Part shown: positions 38,483 to 48,535 of the stretch, in pieces
Numbering within the stretch: position 1 is the first letter of the stretch
How the letters are laid out: every line of letters starts with the position of its first letter
From: an uncultured Leptospirales bacterium
Lineage (GTDB): Bacteria; Spirochaetota; UBA4802; UBA5550
Reading direction: 5' to 3'
Length of the DNA: 64,000 nt
NCBI GenBank assembly: GCA_964439325.1
Contig: CAYTNW010000005.1
Location: 100,592-164,591, forward strand
Notes under the pieces: model-generated
The model's database searches: none
Seen by the model: only the letters and a program-made list of their open reading frames with translations
What the model was told of the DNA's origin: nothing
Position numbers and translations under genes: made by a program

Positions 38483-40390
38483 GTGAATATGAAGATTCAA
38501 TTAAAGTCTGCTGCAATAATAATGTTTTTATACGCTTTTGCATTTACAGCCTGCGATGGAAATAGTGGAGGTGGAAATACACCTTCAGGTTCGAGTTCAA
38601 AGACGTTAACATCGTTTTCAATTTTGAATCCTTCATCATCCGGAACGATAGATGAATCGTTAAAAACAGTTTCAATAACAGTACCTTATGGAACGGATTT
38701 AACGCAATTAATTGCCGTCTTTTCAACAACGGGAGAAAGAACAACAGTAGATGATGTCGAGCAGATAAGCAGTACAACTCCGAATAATTTTACCAGTCCT
38801 GTTGTGTATACTGTGCATGCACAGGACAGCTCTATCGTTAACTATACCGTCACTGTAAAAGTTGCAAAAAGCAGTTCCAAAGCGATATCGGCTTTTTCGA
38901 TACTTGGTGTAAACGGTACAATAGATGAAACGGCAAAAACAATCCATGTCTCTTTGCCATATATATCCTCTGTAACAGCGCTTGTCGCCACGTTTTCAAC
39001 AACAGGCTCATCCGTTAATGTGGGCGGTACCGTTCAGTCAAGCGGAACCACAGCCAATAATTTCACAGGGTCTGTCGTTTACCGCGTAACGGCAGCGGAT
39101 GATTCATATGCTGACTATACCGTCACTGTGACTGTCGCTTCAGACAGTGCCTGTGAGATAACGGCTTTTTCAATACTTGGAGTTGCCGGAACAATAAATG
39201 AATCTGCTAAAACAATAAACTTAACAGTGCCGAACAATACAGATGTAACAAATCTTGTCGCTACGTTTACGACAACAGGAGCATCTGTGAATGTCGGCGG
39301 TACCGTTCAGTCAAGTGGAATCACAGCCAATAATTTCACAGGGCCTGTCGTTTACCGAGTAACGGCAGCGGACACCTCTTATACTGATTATAATGTCACT
39401 GTAACAAAAGCATCTGTGCAGTTTGTAGTTTCCGGTACCGGCGGGACTGCCGGAAACAAACAGTCATTTACTCAGGGATCACTGGTTTTTAACATGATAT
39501 ATGTTCCCGGAGGTGTATTTCCTACGGGAAAGGGAACTCAGTCAACTGCAGGTTCCGGTGCAGTAGACGCGACAGTGAGTATCCCTTACTGGCTGGCAGA
39601 GACTGAAACATCTTACGAGCTCTGGAGTGCGGTTTATAACTGGGCTGTAGAAAATGGTTATACTTTTTCCCGTGCAGGAGTTCAGGGGCATGGAACAGGA
39701 GTTACAAACCAGCATCCTGTGACTGCAATAAGCTGGCGCGATGCTATGGTGTGGTGTAACGCACTTACAGAGTACTATAATGCCAATAATGTGACAGGAC
39801 CCGTACTGGATTGTGTTTATTATACAGATTCGGCTTATACTGTACCTTTACGTATATCAACAGTAAATAGCGTCGATTCAAATAGCGATAGTATTTTAGA
39901 CAGTTCTCTTATTGATGGCAGTGAAGATAGACCTTTTATTAAAGCTTCATCAGCCGGAAATACGAATATGACAAACTGCACAGCTAAAGGTTTTCGTCTT
40001 CCCGGAAGCATGGAGTGGGAATGCGCTGCGAGATATAAAAATGGAACAATATGGACTCCGGGTACTTATGCAAGCGGAGCGACAGCAGATATTAATAATG
40101 CTGAAGCAACCGGTTTAGTGGCATGGTATAATGCAAATAGCGGTTCAAGTACACATGTAGTAAAAGACAGTGTAAACAAAATCCCGAATGCCCTTGGCTT
40201 GTACAATATGAGCGGAAATGTGTTTGAATGGTGTTTTGACTGGCTGCCGGGGGATGAAGGTAAATACCGTGTAATCCGCGGGGGCGGTTTTGGCTACATG
40301 GCATGTTTCGTGGAAGTCGGATGGGTCGAAAGTGTCGGCCCGTTAAGTACGTCAGGAGGAACCGGGTTTCGTTTGGCGAGGAATCAGTAA
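38483..40390 (+). CDS. lipoprotein with three Ig-like tandem repeats and C-terminal FGE-sulfatase fold domain (non-canonical; single Cys)
   Basis: Lipobox AFTAC; three about 87-aa repeats; HPVTAISWRDAMVWCNAL and RGGGFGYMAC...GFRLAR motifs. Confidence 0.7.
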   Translation: MNMKIQLKSAAIIMFLYAFAFTACDGNSGGGNTPSGSSSKTLTSFSILNPSSSGTIDESLKTVSITVPYGTDLTQLIAVFSTTGERTTVDDVEQISSTTPNNFTSPVVYTVHAQDSSIVNYTVTVKVAKSSSKAISAFSILGVNGTIDETAKTIHVSLPYISSVTALVATFSTTGSSVNVGGTVQSSGTTANNFTGSVVYRVTAADDSYADYTVTVTVASDSACEITAFSILGVAGTINESAKTINLTVPNNTDVTNLVATFTTTGASVNVGGTVQSSGITANNFTGPVVYRVTAADTSYTDYNVTVTKASVQFVVSGTGGTAGNKQSFTQGSLVFNMIYVPGGVFPTGKGTQSTAGSGAVDATVSIPYWLAETETSYELWSAVYNWAVENGYTFSRAGVQGHGTGVTNQHPVTAISWRDAMVWCNALTEYYNANNVTGPVLDCVYYTDSAYTVPLRISTVNSVDSNSDSILDSSLIDGSEDRPFIKASSAGNTNMTNCTAKGFRLPGSMEWECAARYKNGTIWTPGTYASGATADINNAEATGLVAWYNANSGSSTHVVKDSVNKIPNALGLYNMSGNVFEWCFDWLPGDEGKYRVIRGGGFGYMACFVEVGWVESVGPLSTSGGTGFRLARNQ

Positions 40391-40839
40391 TATTTGATTA
40401 TGATATTGAACAGATTTTCATAGTCTTTAATAATCTGTTCAATAATATTTTCTTCAGTTTAGAAATGAAAAAATCATTCCACGACGTAACCGGGGCAGCT
40501 GTCGTTGATCACAGGAGGGAATTCGGGATTAGCTTCTTCATAATAATATCCACTATCTGTAAAATGATTTCGATTGTGATGAGAATTACAATCATATAGA
40601 TTACAATATTTGACTGTAAAGCAGTCTCCGGCAGTTAAAATGTAATTATCGGTGAAATAAGCAATATTAAAAATACTACTGCTGAATTTATATACATGAA
40701 AATCCCGGCTTTACCCTGTATAATAAAATAAGATCCGTTGAATTGTATAAGAAAATAGTTAAAATGCCCGCTTTTAACATATTAACTCCGGTATTTGATC
40801 TGCTGTTTTTAGATTTACATAATCTTTTTTACACACTCA

Positions 40840-40859
40840 ATCCCCGCGCAGGCGGGGAT
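40840..40859. repeat. solitary GC-rich hairpin ATCCCCGC-GCAG-GCGGGGAT (CRISPR type I-E/I-F repeat-like core)
   Basis: Perfect 8-bp stem in an AT-rich 570-bp intergenic region; single copy only. Confidence 0.3.
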
Positions 40860-40960
40860 CAATTTCTGGTAAACAATATGGTATAGTTCAATAGACTCAT
40901 GTCTTATGACAGGAATAACGCGGATCAGAATTAATTATTTACTTTTAAACACCCTTTATT

Positions 40961-42592
40961 TTACAGCTCTTCAATGCTTTTAATTATCTGCGAGATGACT
41001 TCTTCGCCGGTTTTCGGATTAAAGAAAACCCCTTTCCATGCGGGAATCGGTATCCCTCCCGGATTAAAACCCATTGAAGTTGTGAAACTGAGCATCGCGT
41101 CGATAGAGGGATCGCCGAACTGTTTTCTTTTGTCGAACAGGTGCTGTATCTCCGTGAAGTACCTCGTATACTCATCTTTAGTAATATCATTGCTGATCAG
41201 CCTGTTATAAATCTGGCCGGCATTTCTCCCTTTAGGCAGCACCCAGAATACAACATTTGGTCCAAGGCATCCTTCATTCAGCACATGACAGTACTCAAGC
41301 CTTGAAAGCTTTTCCCGGAGAAGAGAAGCCATCTCCAGGGAATGGGCAACCAGCACCTGGTAGCCTTTAAGCCCTATGCCGTTGAGACTGGCCATCACTG
41401 AGTACGGCCCTATACCTGGACGTGATGTTTCAAGCGTAAACAGCGCCGGATCGTGTCTGTAATCAGCTTCTGAAAAATACGGTACGTCGTCCATGGTTCT
41501 GAACAGGAATCGCAGATCGTCTCTGTTATAAACTATAAACGCGCTGGAGGGGTAGTGGCCCCATCCCATCTTGTGAAAGTCTATTGTAATTGAATCGGCG
41601 TGATGCAGACCCATGGAGTATTTTTTTAGTCTTTTAATTACCGAGATCACATCGGAGCTGAGCACGAATTCATTTGCGCCCGTATCGTATTCATTCAGAA
41701 AACAGAGAGACCATCCTGCGGCCGCATCAACGTGGAGGTGTGGAACAGGCATACTGTGTTCGGAACTTTTTGAGTCGATAATCTTCCTTATGGCTTCAAC
41801 ATCATCAATGCCGAAAGCGTCGGTGCTTCCGAATGTCGCTATAACAAAGGGTATTGTGATTTTTTCTCTGTATAAAATCTCAATTTTCTCCTCAAGCATG
41901 TCAAGGTTCATAGAACATGACCTGTCGCACGGTATCGCGTGGAGATTATCGGTTCCAAGACCAAGCCACCCTGCAAGTGTTTTGTTTGAATAGTGGGCTG
42001 ATTCGGAAACAAGACCGGCCATCCTGCTCTGATGAAGACCTATTCTCATTGCGCCGGGATGAGTCTTCTCGATCCCGATTTTCCCTCCATAGAGATTCGA
42101 GATAGTCCCACCCATCGTGAAAATTCCCCACGGATTTGCCGTATTGTAAAATACAAGGTTCGCGAGAGCTGTTATCGCTTTAAGTTCAAGTTCATTAGAT
42201 CTCTGGCTGTATGTATCTACGCAGAGGTTCGGATTTTTAAGGAGACACGCTATCGATCCTATCAGTGATGCGTAATTTGCCGGGCCCTTGACGTTTTCCA
42301 TATGAAGTTTTGACGACCATCCGTCTGTTCCCCAGAAGTACGGGAATATCGCATCGCGTGCATCCTTCAGATTTCCCGGTATATAGTGAATTTCCGGATT
42401 TGACTGAGCGGTTTCATAATTTCTTGACATCAGGTCAGAAGCGGATATCGTCTCCTCGGCAGTCATCGCGTTGAGGAGTTCGTTGAATATTTCCAGTATT
42501 TCATCCCTGTTACAGGTAAAAAAATTGTTTACTATGGCATCAAGTATATCTTTTTTCATTAGAGTTACCTGTTTCCGGTTTTTTAAAGGCAT
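40961..42592 (-). CDS. group II PLP-dependent amino-acid decarboxylase (glutamate/tyrosine decarboxylase-like); start probably near 42559
   Basis: SITIDFHKMGW PLP-lysine motif; about 530 aa. Confidence 0.7.
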   Translation of the reverse strand: MPLKNRKQVTLMKKDILDAIVNNFFTCNRDEILEIFNELLNAMTAEETISASDLMSRNYETAQSNPEIHYIPGNLKDARDAIFPYFWGTDGWSSKLHMENVKGPANYASLIGSIACLLKNPNLCVDTYSQRSNELELKAITALANLVFYNTANPWGIFTMGGTISNLYGGKIGIEKTHPGAMRIGLHQSRMAGLVSESAHYSNKTLAGWLGLGTDNLHAIPCDRSCSMNLDMLEEKIEILYREKITIPFVIATFGSTDAFGIDDVEAIRKIIDSKSSEHSMPVPHLHVDAAAGWSLCFLNEYDTGANEFVLSSDVISVIKRLKKYSMGLHHADSITIDFHKMGWGHYPSSAFIVYNRDDLRFLFRTMDDVPYFSEADYRHDPALFTLETSRPGIGPYSVMASLNGIGLKGYQVLVAHSLEMASLLREKLSRLEYCHVLNEGCLGPNVVFWVLPKGRNAGQIYNRLISNDITKDEYTRYFTEIQHLFDKRKQFGDPSIDAMLSFTTSMGFNPGGIPIPAWKGVFFNPKTGEEVISQIIKSIEEL

Positions 42593-42760
42593 CTGTAATT
42601 TTTATACATTAACGGGCCGCATGAAACAATCCTTTAATAAAAATCTGTTGCTGTAATTGATGTTGTTCCAAATCTGTAATTTAAGAGCTGTAGCCATAAT
42701 GTTAAATATTATTCTTTTTAACATTCATGTAATATAACTAATTTTTTTGTGCTTGCCAAT

Positions 42761-42788
42761 ATATTTGATAAAGACTTTTATCAAATAT
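42761..42788. promoter_or_regulatory. near-palindrome ATATTTGATAAAG-AC-TTTTATCAAATAT upstream of glnN
   Basis: Seen directly, about 240 nt upstream of the glnN start. Confidence 0.35.
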
Positions 42789-43027
42789 AGATTAGGTATC
42801 AGAAGATTTTATGTTAAATATTTGTTAATTTATTGTTTATCTGAATTTATATTGAACAAAAATTTGACATAAGCTGTTATGCGAAATCTTATGGCAAACA
42901 GATAAAGCAGACGTATTGATTTCTCCTGCTGCAGAGGATGAAGATTAATAGACGTCATACTTTAAAATTATTACTGATGTAAGATAAAAAATTCAGTTTT
43001 AAAACAGGTATTAAAGGAGAATAGATT

Positions 43028-45196
43028 ATGAGAATAAACGAATACGCGGCATCTCAGGTAAAAAAGATATCAGAGGAGAAAAAAGAAAGGCGACCTGTCT
43101 CATCTTTTTTCGGAGAATATACATTTAATAACGGAGTAATGCAGTCGAAACTCCCCAGGTCAATATATATGAAGCTGATGTCCTGCATTGAGGAGAACAC
43201 AAAGCTTGATATTGAAACAGCGAATGCCGTTGCGCATGCGATGAAGGAGTGGGCAATGGAAAACGGCGCTACGCATTTTGCTCACTGGTTTCAGCCGATG
43301 ACCGGCGCTACTGCTGAAAAGCATGATGCGTTTATAGAATTTTCCGGTACACACGAGGTAATAGAGAGATTTTCAGGATCACAGCTTGTACAGAGCGAAC
43401 CTGACGCATCAAGTTTCCCCAGCGGCGGTATACGCGCCACATTTGAAGCCCGCGGTTATACAGCATGGGATATGTCAAGCCCGGCTTTTATAAGAAAGAA
43501 CGGTTACGGGATTACTCTCTGCATTCCGTCGGCCTACATCTCATATACCGGTGAGGCGCTTGACAAAAAGACACCCCTTCTGAGATCAGTCAAGGCGGTT
43601 GATAAAAGTTCGATAAGGATGCTGAGACTGCTGGGAAATGAACATTCCAAGAAGGTGGTTTCGAATCTCGGACCGGAGCAGGAATATTTTCTTATAGACA
43701 GAAGTTTTTATATAAAGAGGCAGGACCTTATCCTCACAGGGAGAGCCCTTCTCGGCGCGGCACCGGCCAAGGGGCAGGAGCTTGAAGACCAGTATTTCGG
43801 AAGCATCGAGGAGAGGATACAGTCCTTCATGCATGATTTTGACGAGGAGCTGTTCAAACTCGGAATTCCCGCCAAAACGCGCCATAATGAAGTAGCGCCG
43901 GCACAGTTTGAAATAGCGCCGATATTTGAAGAGGCGAACCTTGCTGTCGACCATAACCAGCTTCTTATGGATACAATGAAAAAGGTGGCTCGAAGACATA
44001 ATCTCGCCGCGCTGCTGCATGAAAAACCTTTTGCGAGAGTAAACGGATCGGGTAAACACTGCAACTGGTCGATCGGTACGGATGACGGAATAAACCTGCT
44101 TAACCCGGGTAAAACCCCGACTGAAAATATTCAGTTCCTTGTTTTCCTTATAGCAGTAATAAAGGCCGTACACAGGCACAGCGATATACTCAGGGCAACA
44201 GTAGCAACAACAGGAAACGAGCACAGGCTTGGAGCAAACGAGGCTCCCCCTGCGATTATCTCGGTGTTCCTCGGAGAACAGCTTGAGAGAATCCTCGGAG
44301 CGATTGAAAAGGGCGAGATGGTCAAGGATACCGATGCGGCGCTGATAGACCTCGGCCTGGCTTCACTCCCGGTTGTAAGCAAGGACAATACAGACAGGAA
44401 CAGGACTTCACCGTTTGCCTTCACAGGAAATAAATTTGAATTCAGGGCGGTGGGCTCATCACAGTCGATATCCTTCCCTGCAGCCGTAATAAATATGATA
44501 GTAGCCGAGAGCCTTGATGAACTTGCAGATAAAATTGAAAAGGCTGCAAAGGGCGATCTGAAGAAAACTATAATGGAACTGATTCAGAGTGAAATTAAAG
44601 AGATCAAGTCTGTTATATTCGGAGGCGACAACTATTCAGAGGAGTGGCATAAAGAGGCTGAGAGGAGAGGCCTGCCTAATCACAAGACGACTCCTGAATC
44701 TCTGAAGTCGTTAAATACCGATAAGGCGAAAAATCTTTTCGAAAAGTATAAAGTTCTGACAAATGTGGAACTCTATTCGAGATACCATATACATCTTGAA
44801 AGCTATATTAAGAAAATAGACATCGAGTCAAAGACTTTCTGCAGCATGGTTTCATCGCAGATTATCCCCGCTGCCTATAAATTTCAGAATGAGATTGCAT
44901 CATCGGTGAAAAACACTATGGGCCTCGTGGACGACAATACGCTGAAACCGCAGAAGGATCTCCTCGCCAAGATCAGTGCATCTATCGGAAGCATACAGAA
45001 AGGGATCAGCGAGCAGCTTTCTCTTACCGATACTGCGAAGAAAATTGAACATGAGCAGGAAAAAGCTGAATTCTACTGCAATAAAGTGAAAGTGAAAATG
45101 GAAGAGATCCGTTTACTGGTGGATGAGCTTGAAACGATCATGGATGATTCTCTCTGGCCGATACCGAAGTTCTGGGAAATGCTCTTTGTCTGCTGA
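43028..45196 (+). CDS. glnN: glutamine synthetase type III
   Basis: 722 aa; length and motifs typical of GSIII. Confidence 0.8.
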   Translation: MRINEYAASQVKKISEEKKERRPVSSFFGEYTFNNGVMQSKLPRSIYMKLMSCIEENTKLDIETANAVAHAMKEWAMENGATHFAHWFQPMTGATAEKHDAFIEFSGTHEVIERFSGSQLVQSEPDASSFPSGGIRATFEARGYTAWDMSSPAFIRKNGYGITLCIPSAYISYTGEALDKKTPLLRSVKAVDKSSIRMLRLLGNEHSKKVVSNLGPEQEYFLIDRSFYIKRQDLILTGRALLGAAPAKGQELEDQYFGSIEERIQSFMHDFDEELFKLGIPAKTRHNEVAPAQFEIAPIFEEANLAVDHNQLLMDTMKKVARRHNLAALLHEKPFARVNGSGKHCNWSIGTDDGINLLNPGKTPTENIQFLVFLIAVIKAVHRHSDILRATVATTGNEHRLGANEAPPAIISVFLGEQLERILGAIEKGEMVKDTDAALIDLGLASLPVVSKDNTDRNRTSPFAFTGNKFEFRAVGSSQSISFPAAVINMIVAESLDELADKIEKAAKGDLKKTIMELIQSEIKEIKSVIFGGDNYSEEWHKEAERRGLPNHKTTPESLKSLNTDKAKNLFEKYKVLTNVELYSRYHIHLESYIKKIDIESKTFCSMVSSQIIPAAYKFQNEIASSVKNTMGLVDDNTLKPQKDLLAKISASIGSIQKGISEQLSLTDTAKKIEHEQEKAEFYCNKVKVKMEEIRLLVDELETIMDDSLWPIPKFWEMLFVC

Positions 45197-45203
45197 TAAA
45201 AGT

Positions 45204-45235
45204 CCGTTCTGTAAAGCCTGCGCTTTACAGAACGG
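45204..45235. terminator. bidirectional terminator hairpin between convergent glnN and HDAC-like gene
   Basis: Perfect 14-bp stem ccgttctgtaaagc-ctgc-gctttacagaacgg. Confidence 0.6.
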
Positions 45236-46598
45236 TTCTCTGATAAACTCTCTTAACCCTGTCAGTTAACTGCACAGTCATAAATTCCTTCGATTTAACA
45301 GCCTTGTCGTACAGTTTGAGCCCTTCTTCATGACATCTTTTACACCCGCCTACCGGTATGTCGATGCCGACACTGGGGGGATTTATTGATGATGAGGATT
45401 CTATTACAAGAACTCCCCGGCAGTCGTTGCAGATCAGTATCTGCTCCTTCTGGCTCTCCTGTATACCGTCGGTATCATAATAGATGTTTTTATATCTCAG
45501 CGTGAACTGGCCTACAGGCGCTCTCTCTATGTCAGGCGGAGGATTAAAGTAGTTGTTCAGGACCGGATCTTTCAGTTTTTTAATGTACTCCGTCACTTCC
45601 CTTTCCTGAGGAAAATAGTTTGTATCATAATCCGGTTCCTTTACGTGGGAATAGTCCATCCCGGCCATCGCAAGCACTATGCCGAGGTTAACGTATGGAA
45701 GGGCGCCCTGAATGGAGTATCCCCCTTCGAGCACAGCGAGATGCGGATTGAGCTTTTCGTTAAGCAGTGCGTAACCGTGAGCTGTAAAATTCATGTTTGT
45801 TATCGGATCGGTATAGTGGTTGTCCTGTCCCGCAGAGTTTATAATTATCTCCGGTTTAAAGTGGTCCAGTATCGGGAGAACCATATTATCGATGGCGAAT
45901 AAAAATCCCTCTTCCGATGTGTTCGGAGGGAGCGGTATGTTGATCGTTCTCCCCCTGGCGTTAGGGCCGCCGAGTTCCCTCAGGTGTCCCGAACCGGGGT
46001 AGAGGGTCCTGCCGTCCTGGTGTATGGAAATGAACAGAACATCGGGATCGTGCCAGAAAATGTCCTGGGTCCCGTCGCCGTGGTGGCAGTCCGTATCGAC
46101 GATCGCAATCCTTCTTTTGCCGTAATTTTCACGGATATATTCCAGCATGATCGCTTCATTGTTGATGTTGCAGAAGCCCCTGTTGCCGTGGACGCATTTC
46201 ATTGAATGATGGCCCGGCGGCCTTACAAGCGCGAAGGCCCTGTCCACCTCTCCGTCCAGTACGGCCCTCGCAGCCCTTATGGCTCCTCCGGCAGATATCA
46301 TATGGGATTCGGTTGTTACGCTTTCCACGTCGGGGAAACAGAAGTGCGACCTCATAACGTCATCTTCAGTCGCAATGTCCGGTTTCAGTTCGATGATTCC
46401 CTCGATGTCAAATATCCCCTCTTCTTTGAGCTGGTCCTGCGTATACAGAAGCCTCTCCTCTCTTTCCGGGTGAGTGGGAGATATCGCCCAGTCGTATGCA
46501 GGAAAAAATACAAGTCCAAGCCTGTTTTTAGCTTTAAGCATCAGTTCCCCCCTTTCTGTCTGTGCAGTTTCAGGATAACTCCCGGCCTTATCTGGCAT
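45225..46598 (-). CDS. histone deacetylase/acetoin-utilisation (HDAC/AcuC/Aph) family amidohydrolase with C-terminal Cys4 zinc ribbon; probable start ATG at 46541 (438 aa)
   Basis: DTDCHHGDGTQ motif; C-terminal CNDC...CKRCH; TGATG stop/start overlap with the upstream gene and AAGGGGGGG RBS. Confidence 0.7.
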   Translation of the reverse strand: MPDKAGSYPETAQTERGELMLKAKNRLGLVFFPAYDWAISPTHPEREERLLYTQDQLKEEGIFDIEGIIELKPDIATEDDVMRSHFCFPDVESVTTESHMISAGGAIRAARAVLDGEVDRAFALVRPPGHHSMKCVHGNRGFCNINNEAIMLEYIRENYGKRRIAIVDTDCHHGDGTQDIFWHDPDVLFISIHQDGRTLYPGSGHLRELGGPNARGRTINIPLPPNTSEEGFLFAIDNMVLPILDHFKPEIIINSAGQDNHYTDPITNMNFTAHGYALLNEKLNPHLAVLEGGYSIQGALPYVNLGIVLAMAGMDYSHVKEPDYDTNYFPQEREVTEYIKKLKDPVLNNYFNPPPDIERAPVGQFTLRYKNIYYDTDGIQESQKEQILICNDCRGVLVIESSSSINPPSVGIDIPVGGCKRCHEEGLKLYDKAVKSKEFMTVQLTDRVKRVYQRTVL

Positions 46599-48253
46599 TT
46601 TACTCTAATGTCATTACCGGAGTTGGTGTAGTCATTGATCATGCGGAAGTTTGATGATTCAACAATGTCGATGTCCGGATTTCTGTCCGTGTAACCTGAA
46701 TTCTCAAGATACTTCCGGGCGTGTGTTATAATGTCTTTCTCCGCCTCGGCGAGAGAGTATCTGCGCGTTACGTTTTCTTCAACTCCGAGGTTCGGAATTA
46801 TCATTGTGCCCCTGGTCGTGTCTGAAAAGAGTTCGGCTTCAAATGTTGTCCTGGCAAGAGCGGCACCTATCGCGTTGGCTACGCTGTAGTTTTCAGGGAC
46901 GACAATTTCAATGTCACCCTTCATTATGCCGGCCAGAGCAACGGCCGGGCCTCCTATGATATATATTTTTTTCGGAACAATTTTTTTCCCGTGTATCATG
47001 TCATGAATCGTGTAAACAGGCTTCTGGTTCAGTTCAAAAAGAAGTTTTGAGATCTCATCGTTGATTTTCTTTATACTGAATTCTGTTGCTTTTTTCGCAA
47101 GGACCGCCGGATCTATACCGTTTTTTTCAGCGAGCTTTCTGACAGCAGCAGCGGATTTTTCTTTGTCCTGATAGCTGATGATTCCTGAAAAATTCATCGC
47201 GTCGACAAGAGCGGCAGACTCTCCCCCCTCGGCGGCGCAGGGGCCCTTTCTTTCAGGACCGACTTTTACTTCGCCGTTAACCACTGTGATGACCGAATCT
47301 CCTCCGATGCCTATAGACCTGTTCTGAAGAGAACGCACAAGTGTCGGTATGCCGCCGAGAGATATCCCCTCTCTCTCCATCAGCGGAGCCCCGGACGCGA
47401 AAACGGCGATATCTGTCGTGGTGCCGCCGATGTCCAGTATAACTGAATCCTCGGTAATGTCGCACAGGGCGATAATTCCCATAATGCTGGCCGCAGGCCC
47501 GGATAGTATCGACTCCACCGGAATCTTTTTTGAAACCTCGGCGGGCATTGTGCCGCCGTCGGCCTTCAATATATTCACCGGAGCATCGATACCCATCTCC
47601 TTCAGCGCGCTGGTAATCGATACAAGAAAGTTCGAGTATATTCTCCACACCGCGGAGTTGTAATACGCGGTCGCGGCCCTCCTCGGGAACCCAAGCTGGC
47701 TTGACAGCGAATGTCCCTCTGTGATGAAGTCCGCGTGTCCTTCTAGCATGCGGGATATGGCCGATTCCTGGGAGCTGTTTCTTGTTGAAAACTTAGTCAC
47801 AGAGGCGTAAACCTTGATCCCTTCTTTTATGCAGTTTTTAATGCTTTTATCCAGCATTGACCCGTCAAGTTTCTTTACCTCGCTCCCCCTGTGGTTGATC
47901 GATCCGTCGATGATATAGGTATTATTGCCTATCCTGAAATTTCCAGGATCGATCCCCGGTCCCGAGGAGATGAACAGTGCGGTTTTTTCAATCTTGTCTT
48001 CAACTATCGCGTTTGTCGAGAGAGTTGTGCTGAGGTTGATGTTTCTGATCTTTTTTACATCTATCCCAGAAGTGACTTCCTTTAACGCAGTGGTGACCGT
48101 ATCAAGCAGGTTTCCGGTATCGGTTTTTACCTTGAAGGTCGACCTGATGCCGTCTTCATTAATCAGCACGGCATCTGTATGAGTTCCGCCTACATCAATC
48201 CCGAGCAGCATAGTGTATCTCCGGTGTTTAAATTTGTATTCATCATACAACAA
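46541..48253 (-). CDS. hydantoinase/oxoprolinase (HyuA-like) family protein; probable start near 48211
   Basis: MLLGIDVGGTHTDAVL N-terminal ASKHA-fold motif; about 556 aa; GGAGA RBS. Confidence 0.65.
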   Translation of the reverse strand: MLYDEYKFKHRRYTMLLGIDVGGTHTDAVLINEDGIRSTFKVKTDTGNLLDTVTTALKEVTSGIDVKKIRNINLSTTLSTNAIVEDKIEKTALFISSGPGIDPGNFRIGNNTYIIDGSINHRGSEVKKLDGSMLDKSIKNCIKEGIKVYASVTKFSTRNSSQESAISRMLEGHADFITEGHSLSSQLGFPRRAATAYYNSAVWRIYSNFLVSITSALKEMGIDAPVNILKADGGTMPAEVSKKIPVESILSGPAASIMGIIALCDITEDSVILDIGGTTTDIAVFASGAPLMEREGISLGGIPTLVRSLQNRSIGIGGDSVITVVNGEVKVGPERKGPCAAEGGESAALVDAMNFSGIISYQDKEKSAAAVRKLAEKNGIDPAVLAKKATEFSIKKINDEISKLLFELNQKPVYTIHDMIHGKKIVPKKIYIIGGPAVALAGIMKGDIEIVVPENYSVANAIGAALARTTFEAELFSDTTRGTMIIPNLGVEENVTRRYSLAEAEKDIITHARKYLENSGYTDRNPDIDIVESSNFRMINDYTNSGNDIRVKCQIRPGVILKLHRQKGGN

Positions 48254-48535
48254 AGATAGCCAATGTCAAGGAAAAGAGAATAAAAAATACTCTTTCAGAT
48301 TCGTTGATGAGAACGGCAATAAGGCCTGTATGAGAATTATATGTTTTGCGTATAGAAGGGATTATGCGGAAAATATGTGGAATAAACTATCTGAAAAAAC
48401 GGATGATTTTAGCTTTCAGGGTTTCAAGATGAAGACCGGTTCTTTCTTTGACGAATAGAACGAGATTACTCCATTTAGTGTGAATGGAGTAATAGATCTC
48501 TTTAATTTCAGACAGATTCAGATGACGGGCTTTTT

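Noticed and set aside
40303-40599. 98-aa ORF overlapping the end of the FGE-lipoprotein gene and extending into the intergenic region
   Set aside because: It overlaps the 3' end of a confident gene, has no RBS, is AT-rich low-complexity (IFIVFNNLFNNIFF), and is translated from intergenic DNA.
40840-40859. CRISPR array
   Set aside because: Only a single repeat-like hairpin is present. There are no regularly spaced direct repeats or spacers anywhere in the window, and no cas genes.
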